Of a stretch of DNA of 64,000 nucleotides, positions 17,687 through 25,774 are shown piece after piece. Location: IMG/VR virus record IMGVR_UViG_3300048549_001527, one strand, 5' to 3'. This DNA is from a virus. Taxonomy: Duplodnaviria; Caudoviricetes. A model generated the notes under the pieces. The model was not told the DNA's origin and made no database searches. It saw only the letters and a list, made by a program, of their open reading frames with translations. A program made the position numbers and the translations under genes. The first letter of the stretch is position 1. The number at the start of each line of letters is the position of its first letter.

Positions 17687-18605
17687 TCGCTAGTTCCTTA
17701 AAGATTGATAGATCGTCGTCATCATCCATACTCATTGCTGGAGCAGGTGCAGCAGCAGGAGCGGATGGCGCAGGAGTGGCAGCCTGAGTATTACCCATGT
17801 TGCTCAAATCCAAATCTTCGTCAACATCCATTGCGGTTGTAGGTTCTGACGGCTCTTCACCAATCGCAAGAACGCGATATAGTTTGGCTTTCAATTCAGA
17901 ATATGTTTTGAAGTTCTTTGGGTCAACCAATTCTTGTAGTGAATGTTGCTGGTTCCAAGTTGCTTCAATTTGACTGTCGTCTTCTGAAATAGCAGACGGT
18001 TGGTCAAACTCTGATTTGTCATAGTTTGGATATCCTTCGAACTGACGGATTTTCAAACGGAAGTTTGCGCCTTCCCAAAAGTCAAACGGATTAACTGGTG
18101 TTTCATCCTCAAACGACGGGTTCATCATATCGTTCAATTTGTCAAAGATCTTTTTGCCAAACTGATACATAAAGACTTTGCCTTCGTTTTCAGGATTTGC
18201 ACTGTCTTTAATAACCAAAATATTGGATACATATTTTAGACGACGTTTCTGTTTACGAGCCTGTTCTTTATCAGAGTCAATGCCACTGTTCCACAGTTTT
18301 GAATTGAACTCGGATACAGGATCGTCTTGGTTTAAAGTTGTAAGTGAGTTTTCAATATACCAAAGACCTGTTGGTCCTTGAAAACCATGATCCCAGATAC
18401 GTACGAAAGGCATTTCTTCGCCTTGGGCTGCAGGTAGGAAACGAATAATTGCAAAACCGTTGCCAGCTTTGTCACGTGTTGGTTTCCAAAATTTACCTTC
18501 GTTGGGATCTGAATAGCTCTTAGTTGAAATCTTTTCGAGCTGTGCGTTCAATTTGTTTAGTGAACTTGAACGATTCTTTTTAAGTGCATCAAATGATGTT
18601 GCCAT
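17679..18605 (-). CDS. 32: Single-stranded DNA-binding protein gp32
   Basis: DKAGNG.A.IRFLP, HGFQG..G.WYIENS, NPFDFWEGANF.LKI, acidic tail. Confidence 0.95.
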   Translation of the reverse strand: MATSFDALKKNRSSSLNKLNAQLEKISTKSYSDPNEGKFWKPTRDKAGNGFAIIRFLPAAQGEEMPFVRIWDHGFQGPTGLWYIENSLTTLNQDDPVSEFNSKLWNSGIDSDKEQARKQKRRLKYVSNILVIKDSANPENEGKVFMYQFGKKIFDKLNDMMNPSFEDETPVNPFDFWEGANFRLKIRQFEGYPNYDKSEFDQPSAISEDDSQIEATWNQQHSLQELVDPKNFKTYSELKAKLYRVLAIGEEPSEPTTAMDVDEDLDLSNMGNTQAATPAPSAPAAAPAPAMSMDDDDDLSIFKELANG

Positions 18606-18674
18606 AGTCGTATCTCCTTGTATAGCGTTGTATGTTTTTGTATTGCGAAATATAGTTAACCGAAGTCAACGATA

Positions 18675-18682
18675 TATTTATA
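18675..18682 (-). promoter_or_regulatory. T4-type late promoter upstream of gene 32
   Basis: Exact TATAAATA. Confidence 0.65.
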
Positions 18683-19285
18683 TCAGAAAAACCTATCTCT
18701 GATAATTTCTTTGAACTTTTTTTCATTAATTTCCAAGAATGGTTTGTACTTTCTTGATAATCTAATTATATCACGCGCAACGATTTTGTCAACTATTTTT
18801 TGCTCCCAATAAGGAAAAATATTTGACATATGCGTAAGTATAGTAAATGTCTCAAGAGTTATTTGTCGCTGTACATATAAGGTCATAACATATGGATGCT
18901 GACCGTCATGTGTGACAAAGTTAGACTGATAGTTGTCGTCTAATTTATTTAAGTCTGATTTGAAAGTATGCGTTAAAGAATCAATCTTTTTCTTCCAGTC
19001 AAAGTACTTGCTTTCACCTTCCTGCTCTACGATTGTTCGGATCCAAACATTTGGATTGACTAACATATTAGCCAACATAAGATTTATTGGATCGTCTTTT
19101 TGTGCAAGCTTATGGAAAAAGAATACGTCGTTTCGAGTACGATATGTCTCAAACTTAGCTCTTATTTTTCCATTATACTTGTGGTAATCGTAGCCGTCAG
19201 TAGTGAAGTGTTTCTTTAGTGCAAGATACCTAACATAGAGATTAAATGATTCCTCATTTGCAAAGCTCTGTGATGTCTTGATCAT
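18683..19285 (-). CDS. 59: Helicase loader gp59
   Basis: YLALKKHF....YDY.KYNGK...F..R.D..FF.KL motif. Confidence 0.85.
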   Translation of the reverse strand: MIKTSQSFANEESFNLYVRYLALKKHFTTDGYDYHKYNGKIRAKFETYRTRNDVFFFHKLAQKDDPINLMLANMLVNPNVWIRTIVEQEGESKYFDWKKKIDSLTHTFKSDLNKLDDNYQSNFVTHDGQHPYVMTLYVQRQITLETFTILTHMSNIFPYWEQKIVDKIVARDIIRLSRKYKPFLEINEKKFKEIIRDRFF

Positions 19286-19502
19286 CTCGTTCTTCTCTTT
19301 GGACTAGTTTTAGCTTAACTGCCTCTCCTCTAAGTTTTTCCTTAAGGATAGACGATTTTTTTACAATATCTGCTACTGCCTCGATTTCAAGATCGTTTTG
19401 TCTGGCATATTCAACAAGCGCGTCAATATAATTGACTCCGTTTGCCAACATAGCGGCGATTTCATGATGAATCTTTTCCGGTGATCTTGGTGGTGTTATC
19501 AT
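19254..19502 (-). CDS. 33: Late transcription coactivator gp33
   Basis: YIDALVEYA..NDLE.E.V....K.S.ILKEKL..EA; likely start is ATG 19502. Confidence 0.8.
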   Translation of the reverse strand: MITPPRSPEKIHHEIAAMLANGVNYIDALVEYARQNDLEIEAVADIVKKSSILKEKLRGEAVKLKLVQREERDDQDITELCK

Positions 19503-19509
19503 TATGTTT

Positions 19510-19695
19510 TTAAATTCCCAATGCGGTGCGTATTTCATTTTTCTTATGGTCCCTTCCCATTCTATAGGCATGAAGAAACAACATAACTTCTTTTTTATTA
19601 TTATACATTATTTCTCCATTCAATTTAACCCAACATTCTCCAGGGGTTACGCTTATTTCAACTCCATAAGTATTTCCACGTATTCCATTATCCAT
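19510..19695 (-). CDS. Hypothetical protein
   Basis: Likely start ATG 19695 (MDNGIRG), coupled to the upstream gene. Confidence 0.5.
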   Translation of the reverse strand: MDNGIRGNTYGVEISVTPGECWVKLNGEIMYNNKKEVMLFLHAYRMGRDHKKNEIRTALGI

Positions 19696-19888
19696 TGAGT
19701 ACTTTAATCCCGCTAATCCAATTGTGAGCTGCATCTTCAACATAGTAAATACTTTTAGAAGGAAATGTTTCTGTTTGCTGTAAAACATTATTAATATAAA
19801 ATTCTATAGCATAGCCATCTTCATTATCATGTATTTCAGCACGCAGTGAGGATCCATTACGATCGCCAACATATTCGTTAATTTTCAT
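19688..19888 (-). CDS. Hypothetical protein
   Basis: 66 aa, SD aggaagg. Confidence 0.55.
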   Translation of the reverse strand: MKINEYVGDRNGSSLRAEIHDNEDGYAIEFYINNVLQQTETFPSKSIYYVEDAAHNWISGIKVLNG

Positions 19889-20048
19889 ATTTACCTTCCC
19901 TTATATTTGAGGTGGCTTTTTTATTACCACAGTTAGAGCAAAAGAATACCGTTACGGTAAACTGGTGATTCTCAAAAGTAACAGTAGTTTGTCCTTTTGT
20001 TATATTAACAGTATCACAACAACCGTTAACTGTCAACTGTTTTTTCAT
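19878..20048 (-). CDS. Small Cys-containing hypothetical protein
   Basis: Likely start ATG 20048; CC and CSNC motifs. Confidence 0.45.
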   Translation of the reverse strand: MKKQLTVNGCCDTVNITKGQTTVTFENHQFTVTVFFCSNCGNKKATSNIREGKYEN

Positions 20049-20332
20049 TATACTGCAAAACTTTCTCCGCAACCACACGATGCAGTTGCGTTTGGATTTA
20101 CGACTTTTAAATAAGAACCACCTAATTCCTCTATATAATCTATAGTACATCCAAATATAAACATTTCTGCCATTGGATCAAGCCAAAGATTTTCTATAGT
20201 AGGTTCCTTATCGGTTGTTCCCCATTCATATTGAAATCCTGAGCAACCGCCACCTTTTACATTAAGAGATACATTTGGTTTTCCAGCTTTTGCTAAATAC
20301 TGTTTAGCTTTTTCTGTAACTGTAATGTTCAT
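20048..20332 (-). CDS. iscA: HesB/IscA-family Fe-S cluster assembly protein
   Basis: GGGCSGFQY and NPNATASCGCGESF motifs. Confidence 0.9.
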   Translation of the reverse strand: MNITVTEKAKQYLAKAGKPNVSLNVKGGGCSGFQYEWGTTDKEPTIENLWLDPMAEMFIFGCTIDYIEELGGSYLKVVNPNATASCGCGESFAV

Positions 20333-20985
20333 CCTTCTGCTTCCTCTTTTGTTTTATATTGCCATTCATCGGTATGTCCAACGGACCATTTAGGTTGATC
20401 TTCAACTGCGTAGTTTTGAGTACACACTTTAAAATCAGGTCGTTTCAAATCAGCGGGTGTTAATGAGCTATCTCTCCAGATAACCCTATTGTTTGGTTGA
20501 GCAGCGAATTGACCGTTGTCCAATCTAATAACATTAAATGATTTGTGCTCAGGGTCGTGTTCGCTGAAGTTGGTGTCAATGATGGAAGAATCGCGGTGAC
20601 AATTATCAATTGTGAACTCGTATTCTCCTGCATGCATTTTTTTGTCTTTACCGAAAAACTCGCATCTACACAGGATTGGCTTTTCGATAACAGTAATATC
20701 ATAATCAAAACAATCCCAAAGCTGAAGAACATCGAGTGGAAGATGATCATCTGGATTAAACTCTTCTTTCCACACAAAAGCTGATATAGGTAATTTATCA
20801 TATAATGCTCCATAGTCTGTAAGAAGTGTTTCAAAATATAACGCTTTTGACTGAGTTGATTTAACACTAATCCAAATACCAGGAGTTAAGTTACCCCAAC
20901 TAGGATGCCCAGGTTCTAAATCGTATAGGTATTCCATTTTAACATATACGTTTACTGGTGGTAAGGGATGTACTAAAAACGCCAT
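20329..20985 (-). CDS. Conserved hypothetical protein
   Basis: 218 aa; GALYDKLPISAF and QFAAQPNNR pattern recalled from alphaproteobacterial/phage proteins. Confidence 0.6.
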   Translation of the reverse strand: MAFLVHPLPPVNVYVKMEYLYDLEPGHPSWGNLTPGIWISVKSTQSKALYFETLLTDYGALYDKLPISAFVWKEEFNPDDHLPLDVLQLWDCFDYDITVIEKPILCRCEFFGKDKKMHAGEYEFTIDNCHRDSSIIDTNFSEHDPEHKSFNVIRLDNGQFAAQPNNRVIWRDSSLTPADLKRPDFKVCTQNYAVEDQPKWSVGHTDEWQYKTKEEAEG

Positions 20986-20988
20986 AAT

Positions 20989-21138
20989 TTACTCCTGGTA
21001 ATTTGCTTTGATTTTAACTTCTTTGTATGGTTTGCGCTTAGCCGATGCCTCAATTTGCATCTTACGTACTTCCATACCATGCTGAATTGTTTTGTCTTCT
21101 AAAAGATAATCTAAAAGTTCTTTATATTTCTCGTCCAT
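20989..21138 (-). CDS. 49-aa hypothetical protein (not in ORF track)
   Basis: MDEKYKELLDYLLEDK...KANYQE; ATG follows the pcyX stop. Confidence 0.45.
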   Translation of the reverse strand: MDEKYKELLDYLLEDKTIQHGMEVRKMQIEASAKRKPYKEVKIKANYQE

Positions 21139-21819
21139 TTAGATTTCCTCAAATAAAACGTTATTTACATATTCATCTTTATCTTCTTCTGATATACCCA
21201 TTGCTAAAATGGATCTGTGAAGATGCGGATTCATTTTTTGATTTTCGCAATACTTATTTAATAGTGGCTTTGTATCACGACGAGCCACAAATTGATTTGT
21301 TTCCATACCCATTAAATAATATTCTACTAAATCTGACGTTACTTGAATAAATTGGTTAAGCTCTTTATCAGTATTAATATTCCCAACTGCTAGCATATCA
21401 GTTGAAAAGATTTCTTTTGCCCACGGCGGTAATTCACGTGGTTTATTCCATTCTAAGTTTGCAACCCTTTTTTCCATATAATCATGGTATGGATGCGGAA
21501 ATCCATATAATGGAGAAAAATCCATAAAAGAACCAGTAATTTTTTTAGGGCCGGCAACAATATCAAATCCTAGTATAGGTAATTCAATTCCAATTTTAGG
21601 GAATACGTTAACGTGCATTAGCCATAAACCTTTACCATCTTCTGGAACAATAGTTTTTAAATGAGCTTTAGAAATACTATCTGAAGACCAAAACCGATCT
21701 GTCCAGTCTTTAAACTGCAAGTCTTTCATAGCAGCGTTTTCGTATTCAGTAAAGTACTCATCAAAGCTAGACGCAATATAATCTGCGTAGCCGTTAAGCC
21801 TGTCCCATAATGGATACAT
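21139..21819 (-). CDS. pcyX: Ferredoxin-dependent bilin reductase, PcyX/PcyA-like
   Basis: LMHVNVFP, PILGFDIVAGPKKITGSFMDFSP, LPPWAKEIFS, YCENQKMNPH; near hemO. Confidence 0.8.
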   Translation of the reverse strand: MYPLWDRLNGYADYIASSFDEYFTEYENAAMKDLQFKDWTDRFWSSDSISKAHLKTIVPEDGKGLWLMHVNVFPKIGIELPILGFDIVAGPKKITGSFMDFSPLYGFPHPYHDYMEKRVANLEWNKPRELPPWAKEIFSTDMLAVGNINTDKELNQFIQVTSDLVEYYLMGMETNQFVARRDTKPLLNKYCENQKMNPHLHRSILAMGISEEDKDEYVNNVLFEEI

Positions 21820-21965
21820 TAATCTTTTTTCCTAACATACCAAGTAGTGTGGTTACCAGACCACTCGAGAGTATCGCCTTCTTTCCAATCGAGCTCTTCT
21901 AACATTTCCTTAGGTATGTCTAGGTAGAGGTCCCCGGTTTGGGGATCCTCTTTTACTTCCATCAT
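21819..21965 (-). CDS. 48-aa AbrB/MazE-like small DNA-binding protein (not in ORF track)
   Basis: MMEVKEDPQTGDLYLDIPKEMLEELDWKEGDTLEW...; IP.E.L..L.W.EGD pattern. Confidence 0.6.
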   Translation of the reverse strand: MMEVKEDPQTGDLYLDIPKEMLEELDWKEGDTLEWSGNHTTWYVRKKD

Positions 21966-21972
21966 TTTCATT

Positions 21973-22152
21973 TTAACTTCTTTTTCTGGCCCGACGAGCT
22001 TTTGCGAATTTATTTGCTAATCTCGTCTCGCGGGTCTCTTTTGCGCTTCGTCGCCGGCGCCTTGCAGCGTCTGACCTTGACATTCGGTTTACTCTACTCA
22101 TATCCTTTTGAAACTCAGGTTCTTCGGTTGCGTAAGTAATTTGCTCTTGCAT
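21973..22152 (-). CDS. 59-aa protein with Arg-rich C-terminus (not in ORF track)
   Basis: SD aggagg, consensus promoter upstream; ...SDAARRRRRSAKETRETRLANKFAKARRARKRS. Confidence 0.6.
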   Translation of the reverse strand: MQEQITYATEEPEFQKDMSRVNRMSRSDAARRRRRSAKETRETRLANKFAKARRARKRS

Positions 22153-22191
22153 TGCAAGTCTCCTCCTGTTTTTTATATAGCGTATGTTTAT

Positions 22192-22220
22192 ATTATAACT
22201 TGATAATATAGGAATGTCAA
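22192..22220 (-). promoter_or_regulatory. Consensus sigma70 promoter
   Basis: TTGACA-17-TATAAT. Confidence 0.8.
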
Positions 22221-22223
22221 CAA

Positions 22224-22766
22224 TTATGTAGACAATTCGTCAAAAAGTTTTGATGCAAATTCAAAACATTTTTTGGCCTCTGTGGCCATATCATCATTTA
22301 AGAGTTTTCTAAACTCCTCAATGAGAACTTTTGTATCACCTTCAAACTCGTACATTGTTCCAGAGCCAGGTGCTTTTCTTTTAATAATTTGACCGCCATG
22401 CAATTCGCCAAAGTGCCTTGTATACATATGGGCAAGCAAGCCTTGGTTATCGTCAGCTTCTGCTAAACTACCAATATGAGCTTGATATTCTTTAACTGAA
22501 ACAGGCAACGCAGACGGCATACCAAAGCCGTGTTCTTTTTCTAATTCTTGGATGTCAGCCATAATACGGTCAGCTCTATAAATTGCAGACAAATTCGGAG
22601 GAATGATAACTGCGTTTTCAAGAGGGGTATAATTATGCCATTGGCACCAAAGAAATATGTAATACTCGTGTGAGGTAAGTTCGCCGCGTAATAGTTTTCT
22701 AGCAAAAGCACGACGTTCTGCTGACTGATGGTGATCCCATGTCAACTGTTTCAAACGATTGGTCAT
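22224..22766 (-). CDS. hemO: Heme oxygenase
   Basis: LKQLTWDHHQSAE (proximal His) and AHMYTRHFGELHGGQII (distal helix). Confidence 0.9.
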   Translation of the reverse strand: MTNRLKQLTWDHHQSAERRAFARKLLRGELTSHEYYIFLWCQWHNYTPLENAVIIPPNLSAIYRADRIMADIQELEKEHGFGMPSALPVSVKEYQAHIGSLAEADDNQGLLAHMYTRHFGELHGGQIIKRKAPGSGTMYEFEGDTKVLIEEFRKLLNDDMATEAKKCFEFASKLFDELST

Positions 22767-22802
22767 TATAAAACCTTTTTTGTATAGGGTGCGTATCAGA
22801 TC

Positions 22803-22810
22803 TATTTATA
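22803..22810 (-). promoter_or_regulatory. T4-type late promoter upstream of hemO
   Basis: Exact TATAAATA. Confidence 0.65.
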
Positions 22811-22825
22811 CATTCTTTCAATGAC

Positions 22826-22849
22826 CAAAGGGGCAGCTTACGCCGCCCC
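22826..22849 (-). terminator. Terminator after the porin gene
   Basis: ggggcggc-gtaa-gctgcccc then ttt. Confidence 0.55.
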
Positions 22850-22877
22850 TCTACCAAGTTTTTTCTATAGGTATTCT

Positions 22878-23672
22878 TTAGAAGTTAAAGCTTACGCCTG
22901 CAGTTGGTGTAAACTCTTCAGCGTCAAAGTTGTATGAACTACCGAGTGTGATTTCAGCACCGCCGCCAACTTGATACTCATATTCGGCGCCAACGTTTTG
23001 TAGCGTTTCATCTGAGTCACCGTTAAGGTAAGCTGTAAGGCCCATTGCCTCAGCAGTTACTTCAAAGCCAATATCTTCTGCATCCATGTCGTATGTTACA
23101 GCGCCACCGAGTTCGGCAACTCCTGCATCTACGCCATCAACACCAGCAGCAATGACTGTGTTTTCAGTGTCTAAATTGTAATCAGCACCAGCTGTTACTT
23201 GAAGACGACTCATATCAATTGTGTATGCGCCTTGGATGTTACTAATGTCTGTAATGTCAGAGCTAAAGTCTGTGAAGCCAAGAGCTACTGCAGCTCCGCC
23301 TGCTTGTACACCCAAAGCTGTTCCCATTGCTGGTGCTGCAAGCGTTTGCTCGCCTTCTGCTCCTGGCAATACACCTTGGTCGTTGCCGAAGGACAGACCA
23401 AGACCTGCTACCGACATTCCAACGCCATATGTGTCAAGTTTAACATTATCATTTGCGTCTAAAACAAAATCCAAGTCAACTTGTGCTAATCCAGCTGCAT
23501 CAATTCCGAGATCCAAACCAGTAGTACCACCCCAATCGCCAGCGGCAGTTTCAGCAACGTTAATACTAAACTCTCCTGAAATCATGGCTCCTGCTTGAGC
23601 CGTCGTGTCTTCAGCAAATGCACCGCTAGCGAGTACTGTTGTGATTGCTGATGTGATGAATAAATTGCGCAT
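22878..23672 (-). CDS. Alphaproteobacterial-type outer-membrane porin
   Basis: Signal peptide (ASGAFA/E), alternating amphipathic beta-strands, C-terminal Phe (GVSFNF). Confidence 0.75.
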   Translation of the reverse strand: MRNLFITSAITTVLASGAFAEDTTAQAGAMISGEFSINVAETAAGDWGGTTGLDLGIDAAGLAQVDLDFVLDANDNVKLDTYGVGMSVAGLGLSFGNDQGVLPGAEGEQTLAAPAMGTALGVQAGGAAVALGFTDFSSDITDISNIQGAYTIDMSRLQVTAGADYNLDTENTVIAAGVDGVDAGVAELGGAVTYDMDAEDIGFEVTAEAMGLTAYLNGDSDETLQNVGAEYEYQVGGGAEITLGSSYNFDAEEFTPTAGVSFNF

Positions 23673-23704
23673 TATTATTCTTTCCTTTTAAAAATAGTTG
23701 TGTT

Positions 23705-24035
23705 AAGTTACCACTTTTCTGTTGCTAAGCAAGTGGCCAGCTCCCTGTGTTATGCCGCTAGGGCGTAACCAGATGGTGCAAAATTATCGTTTGCATTTGT
23801 AGTTTTTGGCTTAATAACGTAGGCCAACACGGTAATCTACTCTCATCTCTCTACGTCAGTCGATCCTATTTCGACCCCATCAAAGATACATTATAGAGAA
23901 AAGGAAACTTTTTTCAGCAATTCTTTTTCAGTTTACGTTCTCTCCAACGCTTAACCCATAATGTATCTATGGTGGAGTCGCTGGGTACCGCCCCCAGGTC
24001 CTGTCCGCATGTTGAATTGTATCAACGATTACTAG
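23705..24035 (-). ncRNA. ssrA: Permuted (two-piece) tmRNA
   Basis: Acceptor piece ends ...gacctgggggcggtacccagcgactccacca (CCA end at 23970). Intervening segment 23879-23969. Coding piece starts ggggtcgaa at 23878. Tag ORF 23794-23750 encodes ANDNFAPSGYALAA*. TTGACA upstream at 24068-24063. Outer ends are approximate. Confidence 0.9.
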
Positions 24036-24105
24036 ATATATATAAACTATATAAGGCCAAATGTCAACCACTCAGCCTTATATTTTATTAATTGTTACTT
24101 AAATG

Positions 24106-25071
24106 TCACACCGGGTTGATAACATAATGAATTAGTAACACTAACGCAACCGAGGCGCCAAGACCGACCATCATTTTACCAAAGTCCTTTGCGACCAACG
24201 GAAATACTGATTTGGTTTTCTTTTTACCAAAGTATGTAGCCATTGCCAATTCACGACCTGCTAGAAGCCCAACAAAGACCCAAGTTGTACTCATTGGAAT
24301 ATCGTTTAGTTCTTTAAAGAAATACAGACATAGCCAATAAAATAAGTCAATCAATGTCGCCGATCGTACGTATCGAGTGTTATGCTTTTCCAAAACAATC
24401 TTTTGGATCTTACCACCTTTTTCTCTAAACATAAAAAACAGGCCGGCAACAAACACAATACTAATAAACACCATTAGGTCTACTGGAATTTGTCGTGGTA
24501 GGAATACCGCAATGTTAGCAATATCGTGAGATAACCAAGTAAACCATAATCCACCTGTTGCTACCCATTGGGCAATACGCCAAAACTTTTTATTACCTTC
24601 AGATACTGGTTGAGTTTCGTCGTACCATTTACCAAAATACTTATGGATAGCAAACCACACAACATAAGCAAATGCTGCGGCAACACCATAACCCATAATT
24701 GATTTCATTAGCATCTTCTCTAACACAAAGGTTGAAGCAAATACTGATAAGACCAAAAACGATGTTGAAACGGGTACACCCATTCGTGTTAGTAAAACAA
24801 GAATAGCTGGGGCTGCGGCATGATACCATTGTACATCTTGGAATGGGATTTTATTCAAACGGCCATAGGATATATCGCCGCCATTCATATACCAACCATA
24901 CCATAGTGTATACAACAAAACCGCAGATGCTGCGGCCCATAATACTTTAAAGTTAAATCGCTCATTGTTTGATGCCATCCAAGTACCGAGCGTTTGTACT
25001 GAATCGTTTGCTATAACTGCATACGCAGCAAGCAGGAAGCCGACAAGGCTCCACATAGTGAGTAATTCCAT
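24106..25071 (-). CDS. PiT/PHO4-like multi-pass membrane permease, putative phosphate transporter
   Basis: About 10 TM segments; IANDSVQT and SHDIANIA resemble the two PiT GxND signature repeats; MGVPVSTS; Pho box upstream. Confidence 0.6.
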   Translation of the reverse strand: MELLTMWSLVGFLLAAYAVIANDSVQTLGTWMASNNERFNFKVLWAAASAVLLYTLWYGWYMNGGDISYGRLNKIPFQDVQWYHAAAPAILVLLTRMGVPVSTSFLVLSVFASTFVLEKMLMKSIMGYGVAAAFAYVVWFAIHKYFGKWYDETQPVSEGNKKFWRIAQWVATGGLWFTWLSHDIANIAVFLPRQIPVDLMVFISIVFVAGLFFMFREKGGKIQKIVLEKHNTRYVRSATLIDLFYWLCLYFFKELNDIPMSTTWVFVGLLAGRELAMATYFGKKKTKSVFPLVAKDFGKMMVGLGASVALVLLIHYVINPV

Positions 25072-25167
25072 TTAGTTCTCCTTTTTGCTTGACGGCTTTA
25101 CCCCGTCGCTCGCATTAAAAAAGACAAGGTATTTACCACCTTGCCTTAAAATATTTATTATAGAAAT

Positions 25168-25196
25168 ATGAAAGTTTTGTAACAGTACTGTAAAAC
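25168..25196 (-). promoter_or_regulatory. Pho box (PhoB-type 11-bp direct repeats)
   Basis: GTTTTAC-AGTA-CTGTTAC-AAAA-CTTTCAT followed by atttcTATAAT. Confidence 0.6.
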
Positions 25197-25200
25197 TTAG

Positions 25201-25225
25201 AAAAAAAGAGGGACCTAAGTCCCTC
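25201..25225 (-). terminator. Intrinsic terminator
   Basis: gagggac-ttag-gtccctc followed by 7 T. Confidence 0.8.
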
Positions 25226-25323
25226 CTAAAACCCAAAGGTTTTGTCTCCTTTGTGACACCCATTGTTTATCCGAGTCTAACTCAGCGATAGTTAGGCAGC
25301 GTAATCGCTTTGGGATTTGCCTA

Positions 25324-25704
25324 TTAGGCTGCAAGACGCCAGTCATGCGAAAAAGCAACAAAGCCGATTGGAGCAACTACAATACACTGACCTTCTTCGT
25401 CAACGAGTACATCGCTAACTGAAATTGAGTGCATACGTTCTAAGCGCTCAATGTTTTCTTCAGGACCGATGTTACCAATTTGAAATACTTCATTTGCTGA
25501 AGCAGCTTCAATATTAGCAACATGAGTGTAGTAGTTGTTTACTACGAAAGCATCGTATGCCAATCCACCGATCTTATGTCCTGCGAAATCCATATCCATA
25601 TCAATCTTTGCTTTTTTGGCAGGAACTGACTCAAAGCTTTGTGTTTCGTTGATTCTGTCAATTTGAGCATCTGTAAGACGGATTTGATAAATTGCGTATT
25701 TCAT
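25324..25704 (-). CDS. Early hypothetical protein ending in -RLAA
   Basis: 126 aa; own promoter and SD; HSISVSDV motif. Confidence 0.6.
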   Translation of the reverse strand: MKYAIYQIRLTDAQIDRINETQSFESVPAKKAKIDMDMDFAGHKIGGLAYDAFVVNNYYTHVANIEAASANEVFQIGNIGPEENIERLERMHSISVSDVLVDEEGQCIVVAPIGFVAFSHDWRLAA

Positions 25705-25736
25705 AAGATGATTCCTTTTGTTTACCTTATAGAATC

Positions 25737-25765
25737 AATCTATACTATTCTGGACTAAATGTCAA
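25737..25765 (-). promoter_or_regulatory. sigma70-type early promoter
   Basis: TTGACA-17-TAGATT, with TGATTCT immediately downstream. Confidence 0.7.
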
Positions 25766-25774
25766 TAGTTAATT

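Noticed and set aside
17735-17790. GCA/GCT-rich quasi-repeat
   Set aside because: It encodes the Ala/Pro linker before the acidic tail of gp32.
19254-20150. Long N-terminal extensions and overlaps given by the ORF track (also at 29816, 54467, 59114, 59502)
   Set aside because: Downstream ATGs with SDs or stop-start coupling explain the genes without large overlaps.
23879-23969. Peptide encoded in the tmRNA intervening segment
   Set aside because: Only short frames without a start or SD; the segment is explained as the processing hairpin.
25072-25263. 63-aa ORF fused up to the permease start
   Set aside because: It runs through a strong terminator and the Pho box, so it is regulatory DNA rather than coding.
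25270-25323. c-di-GMP-I riboswitch (GGCAAA...ACGC...CTAA)
   Set aside because: The GNRA-capped P1b/P2 architecture and GACGCAAAGC junction are absent, and it lies 3' of a gene.
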